The notes under the pieces were generated by a model, which did no database searches, was not told the origin of the DNA, and saw only the letters and a list, made by a program, of their open reading frames with translations. Source: Mobula hypostoma (Eukaryota). From it: 64,000 nucleotides of DNA. The DNA lies in assembly GCF_963921235.1 (NCBI RefSeq), contig NC_086097.1, forward strand, positions 135,720,001 through 135,784,000. Reading direction: 5' to 3'. Both the position numbers and the translations under genes were made by a program. Within the stretch, counting starts at the first letter, position 1. Each line of letters begins with the position of its first letter. Shown here piece after piece: positions 1 to 11,819 of the stretch.

Positions 1-122
1 CTTTCTTACTTCTCTTCTAATGTTTGTATATCTGTGCACTGTAATGTAACTGTGACACTGCAATTTCCTTTGGGATCAATAAATTATCTATCTACCTATC
101 TAGCTATTTATCTATCTATCTA
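1..122 (+). mobile_element. 3' tail of a Rex1/Babar-type LINE
   Basis: Nearly identical to the 3' end at ~19470-19580 (gtgacactg.aatttcctttgggatcaataaa..tatctatct) of a copy with RT motifs; ends in (ATCT)n. Confidence 0.75.
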
Positions 123-309
123 AAGGTACTTTGAAACTTTGAATCCTTGAGACTCTTTAGATAGGCACATGTTTGAAAATAAAATGGAGAGTTTTACGGG
201 AGAGGAGAGTTAGATTAATCTTGGAGTAGGCACAACATTGTGGGCCAAAGGGTCTGTACTGAGTTGTGTTCTATGATCTACATCAATAACGCATATTTTG
301 GTGAAAACA

Positions 310-790
310 CACCCAGGATACTGTGTGCAGTTTTAGTCTTGCTTCAGAAAGGATACTCTTGCAATTTAACAATGGTTCATGAGCTTTAGTCCTGAGTTGG
401 CAGGAATGTCATCTGAACAGAGGTTGGATTTTCCCGTGCATTCACTTACGATTAAAAGGATGAGAGGAGATCTCATTGAAGTGTAATAAGTTCTTGACAA
501 GATTTGACAGGCTGGTATTTAGGGAAGGCATTGGCCCTGATTGGAGAGGGGAGTTTAGAAGTTTAGATTACAACTTCAAAACTGGAGGCTTCACAGGGAT
601 CAGGAGAATTTTTTTTCTCTCTGAGGATGGTTACCCTGGGGATTCACCACCACAGAAGACAGGGGAGGCCATGTCTCCTAATATAAAGGAGGAAGTAGAT
701 TTCTAAATGGAAAAGGGATCAAGGGGTGTGTGAAGAGAGTGAAGAGATGATACTGGGATCACATCATGTTGAATGGAGGGGTAGGCCTCC
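310..790 (+). mobile_element. Decayed CR1/L3 LINE 3' fragment
   Basis: tactgtgtgcagtttt and aggatgagaggagatctcattgaa match the ORF2 C-terminus of the CR1 at 55588-56872. Confidence 0.7.
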
Positions 791-1149
791 TCCTTCTCAC
801 ACATTTCATCACATTGGAGAGAGGGCACCAGTACCTCGAGGCTCATACATTTGAGTTCCTGACATCAATCATTGTGAAACATTGATTTTACACTGTGCTG
901 CCTTATTGGAGCACACCAATGTTGAGTGCTCACCAGGAAGATCTGCTCAACAGGAAGAGTCTCCTTATGCTTTCAATTGCTGCTTATTGTATTAGTTGGA
1001 CCAGGGCTCTAATATTGGCATACATGTAGAGTACATGGGAGTTAGGCAGATAAGTCAAGTCTATTGTCATGTGCACAAGTACAATGGAAATACTCAGACC
1101 ATAAATTATACATAAATTATATAAGACAGTGAGGAAAAAAACAATGCTT

Positions 1150-3142
1150 GTTCATCACTGCCTGCCCTCAATGTGCTCTATCCAATTCTTCCAACCAGCA
1201 GCCCTCTGGGTTCCAGTGTTGCCACTGAACCCCTAACATTTGTGGTGTCACATTGCCATAGATTTCATCACGGGTTTTCCACCATGGTGACCAAGGTGAC
1301 CAATGATGAACCATTACTCCGAGGCAGCCCAGTTCATTGCTCTCCCCAAACTTTAGTCAGCCTCTGAGACAGCAGGCCTGGTTCGCCTCCACCGTTTCCT
1401 CAGGACTGGGGCCCATAATTCGTCTTCCACTTCTGGCAAGCCTTCTGCTCCCTCTTCCGCATCTCAGTGAGTTTGTCCTCTGGATATTATTTGCAGACCA
1501 ACTGTCAATCAGAAAGAGCCAATCAGCAAGTGGGGAAGTTTCTGCAATGCTTCACTGCCTCTAACCTTTCTACCGGGAAGAAGTATCTGTTCTGGGCTGA
1601 ACTGCCCTACATTCTACACATCTCATCTGCCACAGGTGCTTCATGGCCACCTGGCGAAGGAGCCAACACTGGAAGTCCTGTCCACCAGGGCTCTAGTTCG
1701 CTGATGCTGGAATGCTTGGAAGGGCATGGTAGGACATCCTAGCTGCCAACTGCACCTACTGCTGCCTGGCTAACCATCGTTGGTGCCCAGCCAGACCACC
1801 CTGGCCTGGGAGCCATGTCTGGCTGTCCACCTGAGATCTGCACTGTGTGCTGACTCCCGCAAACTCTTGCCCAGTTCATTGGTCCCTTTAAGATTACCCA
1901 TTGCATCAACCCAGTCACTTACCATCTCCAGCTGACACTGCCCCTCAGGGTCACACCTTCCTTCCGCATGTCCTGCCTCAAGCCAGTTTTCTATGGGCCA
2001 CCGAGCCCACCTGAGCCTGCACCTCCAGAACCAAGGATGATGGAAGGTGGGTCAGTGTACACAGTTCACTGCTTGACGGATTCATATCATCTGGGACAGG
2101 GAGCACAGTACACGGTTGATTGGCAAAGGTACAGTACAGAGGGGGAGTCTTGGGCTCTATCCAGTTTCATCTTGGATCCATCGCTCATCGAGGACCCATC
2201 AGGATCATCCTGAGCTATTGGTTGCCAGCACTGTTGGAGGGAGGGTCCTGTCAGGGTTGTACAGGCAGGCATCTCCCAGTCTCCACCCAGCTGACAGGAG
2301 TCACCTGACACTCATTTCCAACTCATCACCTGCAACCTATTTAAACCCAGCTCTCATCCGCAGTCCTTTGTTCACCCATCAAACCAGCCAGCTTCAGCCA
2401 CTTACTTCTTATGTTAAGAATCTGTTCTCTCTGGTTTAGTGGTCGCTTGTGGCTTATTGTTTTATAGTTTATTTGTAAAAATTGGTTCCTTAAGGTTATT
2501 ATAGCCGGGGATGGTAATGGAGTCAAGTTCCCACTACTTATTAAATACTCCCAATGGTGTGTGTCTCCAATAGCCTCTGATAATCAAGTCCAGCTCCTAG
2601 CTTTCACATGTGACTTAGCTACTAAGCCCAGTGAAACTACTTCTACTGACAGGAGAAGGGGCAAAGGCAGGATACTGGCACCTTAAAACCAGTCACTTCA
2701 GGCAGATGGGGCTCGTCAGCTCATCTGGGAGAAGGAAAACTGATCTCTACCCTCCACTGCCATGCTGCTCTACCCACTCATGGGGAAGGCTTTGGCAGTA
2801 AATCCCGAGGGAAAAATCTGGAGCTCGAGTCCCTAAGGCAGTCCTACATTAAGTTCAATACTGACTGGCAACTCCTGTGATGCTGCTGGTACCGAACTGT
2901 ATCAGTCTCTGCCGTTCCTTTCGGTTGATCAGATGCGTGGAGAGAGGGAGCTCACCACGTATGGGCAACAGCTTGCTCTGCATATCGTACTGCCCAGGCA
3001 TGTGTATCTAGAGAGCTGGGACGCAATATCCATGGTCAGCTCTGACTGACAGAGGCCCTCACCCCATTAGTAAAATATTGTTTACTGCTAAATCATCTCC
3101 ACTGTTCTGCTTTTTGTCAAGCTTCCTGTACATCTCTCAACA
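1150..3142 (+). mobile_element. Gypsy (Tf1/sushi chromovirus) 3' part: decayed integrase, chromodomain and 3' LTR (2249-3142, interrupted)
   Basis: Integrase remnant SLSSGYYLQTNCQSERANQQV; chromodomain YTVHCLTDS..QYTVDWQRY..ESW..SSFILDPSLI; PPT ggagggagggtcc directly before TGTCA at 2249; LTR matches 35367-35697. Confidence 0.9.
2485..3065 (+). mobile_element. Non-autonomous retroposon (probably RTE-derived) inserted in the Gypsy LTR
   Basis: Absent from the sister LTRs at 35367-35697 and 38900-39197; flanked by a degenerate duplication atttgtaaaaattg (2471-2484) / attagtaaaatattg (3066-3080). RTE assignment is from recalled similarity. Confidence 0.6.
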
Positions 3143-4904
3143 AATACGATGAAGACCTTTTTTTTATTATTAATGCTTCCCATTACCCAAAACTAATGAT
3201 TATTCACCCTCTGCACCCTTGCCTCCCAGCAAAACATTAGAAACAATGAGGTGTGTTTAGTCCATCATGAAGATCCATCTTTTACCAGCTAAGATCTGGA
3301 AGGATTAAAGCTGGTTTCTTTCCAGATCTCAGGCTGGTTTTTAAAGCCTGCAGGAGAGTGAGAGGAGGACAACCTTGCTCCTGATTTAGTGAGACTTTCC
3401 CTCTGTTTGACAGGTAAGTAACCAAGTGAAATGAAGTTGACATGTTCTTCACCTACGCTCAATAAGTAGTCTGTAGCTTTGTGGAAAGGAAAGGTAGCAA
3501 CCAGCAAACCTTAATGTCTTCTTACTGCTTTGTAAATTCCTGTTCTGTGATGAAAGAGACCATTCAGTCCATTGGGTCCATGCCAACTTGCAGCAGTGCA
3601 ATCCCGTCAGTACTACTGCCCATTAATCTTCTAGTTTGTTTCTTTCATGCATTCATCAACTTGATTTTTTTGTCACTTACCTCCACCCATAGTTTAATGA
3701 AAGAGACTGGATCATCTTAAAGTAGCAAAGAAATATCAAGATATGAAGAGAACTGAAATGCAAAGCCTTGGAAGTTGAAGGTATGGCTGGAAATGATCAA
3801 GGGGCAAGAACTGGAGCAATGTAGAAATCTCAGATATCTGGAAGATATAACATTCAGAGGAAGGCTGTAGAGGGCTTTGAGAATTTTGAAATTGATGTAC
3901 TCCTTAACTGAAAGGATATGCGAGTCATCAAGGGCCAGCACTGTGGGTGACTGGTATGAGGTGGGACAAGAGTGACAGAATTTTGGGTAGCTCCAAGTGT
4001 TCAGGGAGCAAAGCAAGAGCAATCAGCTAGGGGTAGTCACATCCAATGCTCTGATGGTAATCATGCTGCAGATGAGGATTTCGGCAGCAAGTGAGATCAA
4101 ACAGGCCAGAGGTTGCTAACATCAACACTGGATTCAATAATCTTAATGATTATCAAGGTGGTTATTGAGGAAGTGAAGTGAAGCAGATGAACGATGAGAA
4201 ACAAAAGAAAATGGTTTGATTCTGTCTAGGACAGTTATGTCCTTCAGAAGAAACATTGCCTATAGTTTAACTTCAGGATTCTAATCTCAAGACTCAAAGC
4301 AGCTAAACCAATTATATGTCCTCATATGTGACAAACAAAATAGTTTGGTTATAATCAGACACCCTATCTTCTCTTTTTGTCATATCTCACAATGAATGTT
4401 TCAGCCAGATTTTCTGATCTAAGACCTCCATTGAGATGTGGACTGGGACTGTGACCTTGGATTTAGTTGTGTATTTTCTACCTTTGCCGCTTGTTGCTTA
4501 TTACAAGTTCATCCCACAAATGCTCTTTAATACCATTTTAATCCAAACTTGGTGCTCTCCTGAATGTATAGACTAGTCAACAGTATGAATGTAAAGAGAA
4601 CCGTGTACTGTTTACTATTTCCTGTCTACAGATGCCTCTGGTTACTTCTGACGTGCAGCCACGCCTACATATGAACCATTATATTATTTATTTCAAAAAT
4701 CCAACAAAACATACATATTCATTCATACGATTGGCAGAATTAATTTCTTTCTACTTTTATTGACACCATGCATGGACTTATGTTTACCACAGAATAATTT
4801 TTGCATAGGGACAAAATCTGTAAAAATGGAAACTATTCATTATCTGGGCATGTCCTGTATATTTTTTATGAATAAAGTTTAGTTTTTGGAATTAAAAAGG
4901 GGCA

Positions 4905-5130
4905 TGGTAACGTAAAGGTTAAGGCAATGAACCAGCGTCAGTGTTCTGGATTATTCATCTGGAGACATATGTTCTGATCCCACAGAGCAGTTTAACTGCA
5001 TACAATGGAATAAAAAGTTAGCTTCATTAACAAGCTGCATGAAACTGTTGGATTCTTCTTGTATAAAACCCCATCTGGTTCCCCATTATTGTACAGAGGA
5101 CAATATCTGCCATCTCAACTAGCTTACATA
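4905..5130 (+). mobile_element. Decayed SINE; related copies near 19583-19730 (-), 20050-20240 (-), 57830-58005 (+)
   Basis: Shared core catgaaac...taaaacccatctggttc across copies. Confidence 0.5.
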
Positions 5131-5974
5131 TTACTTGGCATAGACACAGTGGGTCAAAGGGACTGTTCCAGGCAGAACATCATTGTGACTATTGCGTAGA
5201 CCCTCACCAGGCCCTGGGAAGGGTATCAGAATTGCAAATGTAAGTCTTCCATATCATGTGAATTTTTTTTTAAAAACCTAGGAATGTGATGGGGTAACAC
5301 TGGGCTAGTACTCATGAATTCTTGCAGGGAATTTATTTAATTCAAGTCCTTGGCATTGTTAACCACCAAGTCATGGGAAGCAGCTGGTTGAGTATGAGTT
5401 CATTTATTGTTGCATTTCTAGGCCAGATTGTATCCACTGAGATCTGTCCAATGATATAATTTCATTTGCTTTTCAATATTGTGTTGTTTTGTTACCCATA
5501 ATGTGGAACACACATTTTTATAATTATGGATGGCATTTCATATTTTGCTGTCTTATCGCTCATTACAAAGTCTTTCTAAATTGATAGATTTTATCTAAAG
5601 AGAGATGTAGTCAATTGGAAATTTTTGAGGGTGAAGAAATCGTTGCAGCTAATTCACTCATAGCTCCCCATGGAATAACCTTTATAATCTTATTTTTGAA
5701 GGTTAAAGACTAGTCAGGACTGAATGCCACTGCAATATGATAATAGGGAATCTGCTATCCAGAACCATTCTACAAAGCAGGCAGCCAGGTTACACCTTCT
5801 GCTTCTAATCTTCTTTTTCTCAAGTGAACTCCATCCACCTGTGCAGTTGTAGAGAAATATAGTACAAAAACAGGTCCTTCGTTGAGCACCCAGTTAAACC
5901 ACATGGTCACAAGAAGAACATGCAAACTCCACATAAACAGTATGTGAGGTTAAGATTGATCCTGGATCTCTTAT

Positions 5975-6545
5975 ATAAAACCATAAGATATAGGAGCAGA
6001 ATTGGGCCATTTGGCCCATTGAGCCTGCTCCGCCATTTCATCATGGCTGATCCAATTTTCCTCTCAGCTTTAATCTCCTGCCTTCCCCCCATATCCCTTC
6101 ATGCCCTGACCAATCAAAAATCTATCAACCTCTGTCTTAATTATACATAAAGACTTAGCTTCCACAGCTGCCTGTGGCAAATAATTTCACAATTCACCAC
6201 TCTCTGGCTAAAGAAATTCCTCCTCATCTCCGTTCTAAAAAGATGCCCCTCTATTCTGAGGCTGTGTCCTCTGGTCTTAGAATCTCCCACCACAGGAAAC
6301 ATCACATCCACTCTATTAAGACCTTTCACCTTTCAATAGGTTTCAATGAGGTCACCCCTCAATCTTCTGAATTCCAGCTAATACAGGCCCAGAACCACTA
6401 AATGCTCCTCATATGACAAGTCATTCAATCCTGGAATCATTTTCGTGAATCTCCTTTGAATATCTCCAGTTTCATCACATCATTTCTAAGATAAGGGGCC
6501 CAAAACTGCTCACAATACTCCACGTGAGGCCTCACCAGTGCTTTA
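5975..6545 (-). mobile_element. CR1/L3 LINE 3' fragment
   Basis: Minus ORFs KALVRPHVEYCEQFWAPYLR and KTRGHSLRIEGHLFRTEMRRNFFSQRVVN; tail cttatggt. Confidence 0.9.
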
Positions 6546-6974
6546 CATACGTCGTTGTTTATATATTCCAGACCACATTGTGAGGCAATTGGTTCTACCA
6601 ACCGCGCTACAATGCTACATCTAGAACAGTCAATGAGTGGGCTAGAAGCAATTAACAAATGGTGCTTATTGTGGCATCTTTTAGATGAAAACTGGCAACA
6701 AACTCATCAGCAGTGGCAAGAGGCAAATGAAAGTATTAGGCAGTAGGGAAGGACACCGAGAACATGGTGTTACCTGCAGAGAGGCCCTATCCAGTCAAGT
6801 GAATTTAGGTTATTGTGCTGTGAGCAAGTACAGGTACAATGAAAAACCTGCTCAGAAGGACATGGATTCAGACACTACATAAAGCATAAATTACACAAGG
6901 TTGCGAAGAAAAGGACCATGTAAAGTATTAGAGCAAATAAACATAGAATGAGAACAATGAGACATGGCAGTGGC

Positions 6975-7268
6975 ACAAGAAGGCAGCATCATCCAAGGAC
7001 CCTTGCCATCAGAATTTTGCCCTATTCTCAGTACTACCAACAGGGAGGAGGTTTAGGACCCTGAAGACTCACAAATTAATGATTCGGTAACAGCTTCTAC
7101 CCCACTGCCATCAAATTTCTGAATATCCATGAACCCATGAATTTGACCTCATTATTCCATTTTTTAAACTTTGTGATTTATGGCAATTCCATATCTTTGC
7201 ACTGTGCTGCTGCCAATAACAACAAATTTCACATCATACAAGTCTGTGGTAATAAAATAGATTCTCAC
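6975..7268 (+). mobile_element. Rex1/Babar LINE 3' fragment
   Basis: aagaaggcagcatc...aacagcttctaccccactgccatc, then aataaa and a gattct tail, as in 45680-46070. Confidence 0.7.
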
Positions 7269-7399
7269 TCAAAGTTCAAAGCAAATTTTATTATCGAAGT
7301 ACATATACGTTGTCATAGACTACTCTGAGATTCATTTCTTGAGGGCATTCACAATAGGTACAAAGAGACACAATAGAATCAAAAGTAGAGCAAGGAATT

Positions 7400-7960
7400 C
7401 ATAAGATCATAAGAAATGAGAGCAGGAGTAGGCCATCCGGCCCATCAAGCCTGCCCCGCCATTCAATAAGATCATGGTTGATCTGTCCGTAAACTCAACT
7501 CCATCTGCCTGCCTTTTCCCCATAACCCTTAATTTCCTTACTATGTAAAAAACCTATCTAACTGTTTCTTAAATATATTTAGTGAAGAAGCTTCAACTGC
7601 TTCCCTGGTAGAGAATTCCACAGATTCACCACTCTCTGGGAAAAACAGTTTCTCCTCATCTCCATCCTAACCTTCTCCCCTGAATCTTGAGGCTATGTCC
7701 CCTAGCTCTAGTCTCACCTATCAATGGAAACAACTTTCCTACTTCTCTCTTATCTATCCCTTTCAAAATTTGTATGTTTTTATAAGATCTCCTCTCATTC
7801 TTATGAACTCCAGAGAGTATAGTCCCAGGCGACTCAATCTCTCCTTGTAGGTTAACCCCTTCATCCCCGGAATCAACCTGGTGAACCTCCTCTGCTCTGC
7901 CTCCAAAGTCAGTATATCCTTCCTCAAGTATGGAGACCAGAACTGCACACAGTACTCCAG
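7400..7960 (-). mobile_element. CR1/L3 LINE 3' fragment
   Basis: Minus ORF QFWSPYLRKDILTLEAEQRRFTRLIPGMKGLTYKERLSRLGLYSLE. Confidence 0.9.
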
Positions 7961-8904
7961 AAATTCAGAAGGTTTCTTTTTGCATTTTCCTTCTCATCAA
8001 TAAATGTAAGTTTTGGGTATCTTTAGACAAGATTTTGTTGCACATACAAATCCACATTCAATGAAGCCTTGCATTTGTGGCTTTAACAAATGTGGAGAGA
8101 CTGGCAGAGTAGTTGGTTGTTTGCAGTCCCATTTTGCTGCGGATTTACCCTTCAGGAGAAAGGGCTTCTCATATGATCTTCATAGCAAAGTTTTTACAAG
8201 TCTGCATAACTTCGGTGCATGCCTTGGCACATTGAAGGTCTGGGATTGTTCACCAGATATCATGCTATGCCAATGTGTATTTGCTCATGTTGGTCACTGA
8301 ATTACATTCATTGAATCAGTGTATCTTGTAGAGAGTTTGGGAGGCTGAAGCCTCCACATGAGTATCCGAAGGGGCTGCACTTCAAATCCACACTCCTAAT
8401 CTTTGGTCACCAGTGTAGAGGGGGATGGGTCAGTCGAGGGATCTCCTAGTTGGCTTGCTCCTGGTTTGGCCGAGGGGGCTATTCATGGTCCAGGAGACAG
8501 ACAGACAGGCAAGGGACAGGCCAGTTCAGCTTGCTGCTCTGCAACGTTTACTTGGCTCTGTGCTGAACCACGGGTCTCTGACTGTAGATTTCAGTTCAGA
8601 ATGGTGTTTGCTTGTGCTTATTGTTTGCACGATTTGTTGTTTTCTCACTCTGCACATTGGGTGTTTGATAATCTTTTTTTATGGGTTCTTTTGGGTTTCT
8701 TTGTTCCATGGCTGCCTGTTAGGATACGAATCTCAAGGTTACATAATGTGTACATATCTTGATAAAAACGTATTTTGAACTTCGACAATCTCATAATCAG
8801 TCAGAGTCACATTTATTATTATTGACAGTCAGTGATAATAAATTTGATTCTTATCTGTACATCATTTAGGTTTCTGGAAAAGGATCTCATACTTTCCGAG
8901 TGTA

Positions 8905-9270
8905 TATGATGAATAAACTCTCCTCAGGCTTCCAGCCAGCTACAAGTATCAATTATAACTGATGTTTTGATGACAAACTTTGGTACCTTCATCAGGGATG
9001 ATGCCTGGGCATGTCTAGCCCAATGGTATTTATACCTCTGTAGTCCGTCCCTCCTGATTGGTTAGTCCGTATCCAATCAGGTTTCCGCTGACCCACTTTG
9101 TTTACAATGAATCCCAGTTCTTACTTAGAGCGAGACCTTCTTTGCTAAAATTCTTTTCCACAAGTTTTATTTCAATGGCTTCCTTCACCCAACAGTCCCA
9201 AAAGCCATTGGTGTGACTCAGTAGTTTTGTGCCGTCTAAGTCAATCTTGTGGCTATTGCAAGTGGTTCAG
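8905..9270 (-). mobile_element. Penelope-like element 3' end (GIY-YIG C-terminus plus pLTR with decayed hammerhead)
   Basis: Minus translation HKIDLDGTKLLSHTNGFWDCWVKEAIEIKLVEKNFSKEGLALSKNW; CTGATGA at 8995-8989 followed by a stem and AAAAC (GAAAC mutated). Confidence 0.8.
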
Positions 9271-10349
9271 GTTTTTAATTATATTCATTCAAGAGGTGTC
9301 TATTTTGCAGGCTGTGCCAGCATTTAATTGCCTGTCCATAGTTACCCCTGAGAAAGCAATGGTGAGGTGGCTTCTTGAGCAAGTGCTGACCTTGATGTTG
9401 GTGTACAGTACCAGTTCCTCCAGTAGCTTGTTCCACACGGGCATTACCTGATGATGTAGGATTTTGAGTACAGATCTGTTCATGGTGACTGGCATCATGT
9501 GCTATGCCGCCCCAAGTAATCTCTGCCTCCTTGTTTTCTGACCTCTTTGCAGCCTCTGAAACAATCAACAGCACCAAGCACACACGTAGCCTCTCCACTG
9601 GTGCCCTGTGGGTGGTGCACTCGATGAAATCTCGTCTTATCCATGCAAGGTACACAAACTTTCTAGTGTAAAGGGAATACATATGTTGGGGTGGGAACTA
9701 CAAAACATATTTGGACTCCAGAGCCAAATAACATCTACATTTTCCCACACCTCGTTTTGCCTGCCTCAAATATAAATTAAACAACTTGGAGACAGGACCT
9801 TCAGCCCAATTGATCCACACTGACCAAGATGTCTACCTGAGCAACTCCCATTTGCCCAAGTTTGACCCATATCCTTCTAAACTTTCCTACTAATATATAC
9901 CTGTCCAAACATTCTTTAAATGTTGTGATTGTACCCACCTCTACCACCTCCTCTGGTAGCTCATTCCATATATCCGTATATCTATGCGAATAATTAACTT
10001 ATCCTGTTAGGAAAAGAGTTGTGGGATTCTGTCTTAGTGACAGAGAAGGAACTGTGATCTACCTGTATTTCCAAGTCAGGATACTGTGTGGTTTGAAGTG
10101 CAACTTCCAGGCGCTGGTGTTCCCTATGCTTTTGCAGACCCTGTCCTTCTAGCTTGCAGAGGTAGTGTGTTAGGAAGGCGCTGTCTAAGGAGACTTGGTG
10201 AGTTACTTCAGTGCATTCTGTAGTGGTACAAACTATTGCTACTGCGCATCGCTGGTGGAGTGAACGTATGATTGCGGATGAGGTGCCTTTAGAGAGTGCA
10301 GAGCAAAGTTATCCAGGAAGCAATTTTTTTAAAAATCTCAAAAATACAT

Positions 10350-11160
10350 TTTCAATAGGTTCAATAGGTGCATTTAATGTCAGAGAAATGTATATAATAT
10401 ACATCCTGAAATTCTTTTTCTTTGCAAACATCCATGAAAACAGAGGAGTGCCCCAAGGAATGACCATTTGATGTTAGAACCCCAAAGCCTCCCCAGCTCC
10501 CCCCTCCCACGCACAAGCAGCAGCGAGGCAATGACACCCCACCCCATCAGCAGAAAAAAGCATCAACGCCCTCCACCGAGCACTCAAGCGTGCAGCAAGG
10601 CATCAATAAAGACACAGACTTGCAGTACCCCAAAGACTACTCATTCACCCGGTAATTCGACGTACCACAGGCCCTCTCTCTCTCCCTAATAAGGGTAAAA
10701 GAGGTGTCCCTGTTCCACAGCGAGAGGGGAGACGTAACAAACAACTTGCTGATTTATGACGTTAAAAGTCTGTTGCATCACTTTTTCTGAGCTCTGTACC
10801 CAGAGAGTTGGCCCCAGTAAGGCTCAGGTCTCTGGTCACACAGCCCACGGCAGCTAACCCGCTGCTCCCGATGTTCCGTGTTCTCCAGTGACTCCTGAGT
10901 CAGGGGCACCGACCTTGAATCAGCCCGCCTCCAGAGCCATGAAAATCTGGCACCCTGAAAGCGCTCTAGTCTTCCAGGCCACGTCCTTGGGATATCAAAA
11001 AGCGGCCCTGAGAGTGGGTCCCATTCCCACAAAGAACCAATGTCAGCGTGTAACTCCAGGTCAGGTCTTCAAAAGAAACTTGAAAAGGGTAAAAAAAGCG
11101 ATATCAAAGATAGAAATAGAGCTGTTTCTGAAGATGCAAGCAGAGGAGTTGCTGTTTAAT
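10350..11160 (-). mobile_element. Non-autonomous SINE/LINE-derived element, same family as 32019-33762
   Basis: Reverse complement matches 32040-32790 plus 33717-33762 (cttgcatcttc.gaaacagctctatt; catttctctgacattaaatg). Confidence 0.8.
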
Positions 11161-11164
11161 AGCA

Positions 11165-11750
11165 TTTACATAAAGTACATTTTTTCATAATAACAAGATA
11201 CGCAAAAGAATAAACATGCAAAAATCTTTACATTCTTAGTGTTGTTTGATCAGTGCATCCAGTAGTGTTAAACATATTTGTTTCTCATAACGTCATTGCC
11301 ACCTATGTGGACGATTTAGCCATTTCAAAGTTGGAGGGACTTCACCAGATTCAGCCCCTTCACATGCAGTAATGGAAGGAAATGAGACTGTGGTCCTTTC
11401 CTAAAGAGCCTTTGCATTGACTGCACCAACTTTTAGTGTGTCGCTCAGCATATGTACCCCTGCACCCTGAAATGTGCCAGCCAGCAGCCTTCCATTACGG
11501 ACTTCTCTTTGTTCAGAAAGACCCACAACTTTCAGGGAGACAAAGGGGCATCTTTCACTGAAATACTAATCTAGCTGCATTTGATGTCTGCCTCAGTGTG
11601 TGATCCTGGGAACAGACGGTAGATCACAGAGTCCTCTGTTACACAAATGTTTGGAATGAACTGAGACAAGGACCATTCCATCCTTCTCCACACCAGCTTA
11701 GCAAATTCACACTTGACAAAGAAGTGGGTGACCGTCTCCTACCCCTTGGA
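11165..11750 (-). mobile_element. Decayed Tx1-type (L1 superfamily) ORF2 C-terminus
   Basis: Minus translation ETVTHFFVKCEFAKLVWRRMEWSLSQFIP..VTEDSVIY.LFPGSHTE (zf-RVT-like region). Confidence 0.7.
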
Positions 11751-11819
11751 CTGTCCTGACTCCAAGTACCAAATATTCCAAACTGGCAGCTGGAGAGAGA
11801 AGGGGAATAGGTATCCGCA

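Noticed and set aside
4632..4880. Possible terminal exon (cctgtctacag acceptor, AATAAA near 4872)
   Set aside because: No recognisable peptide or linked upstream exons; such signals are common in AT-rich DNA.
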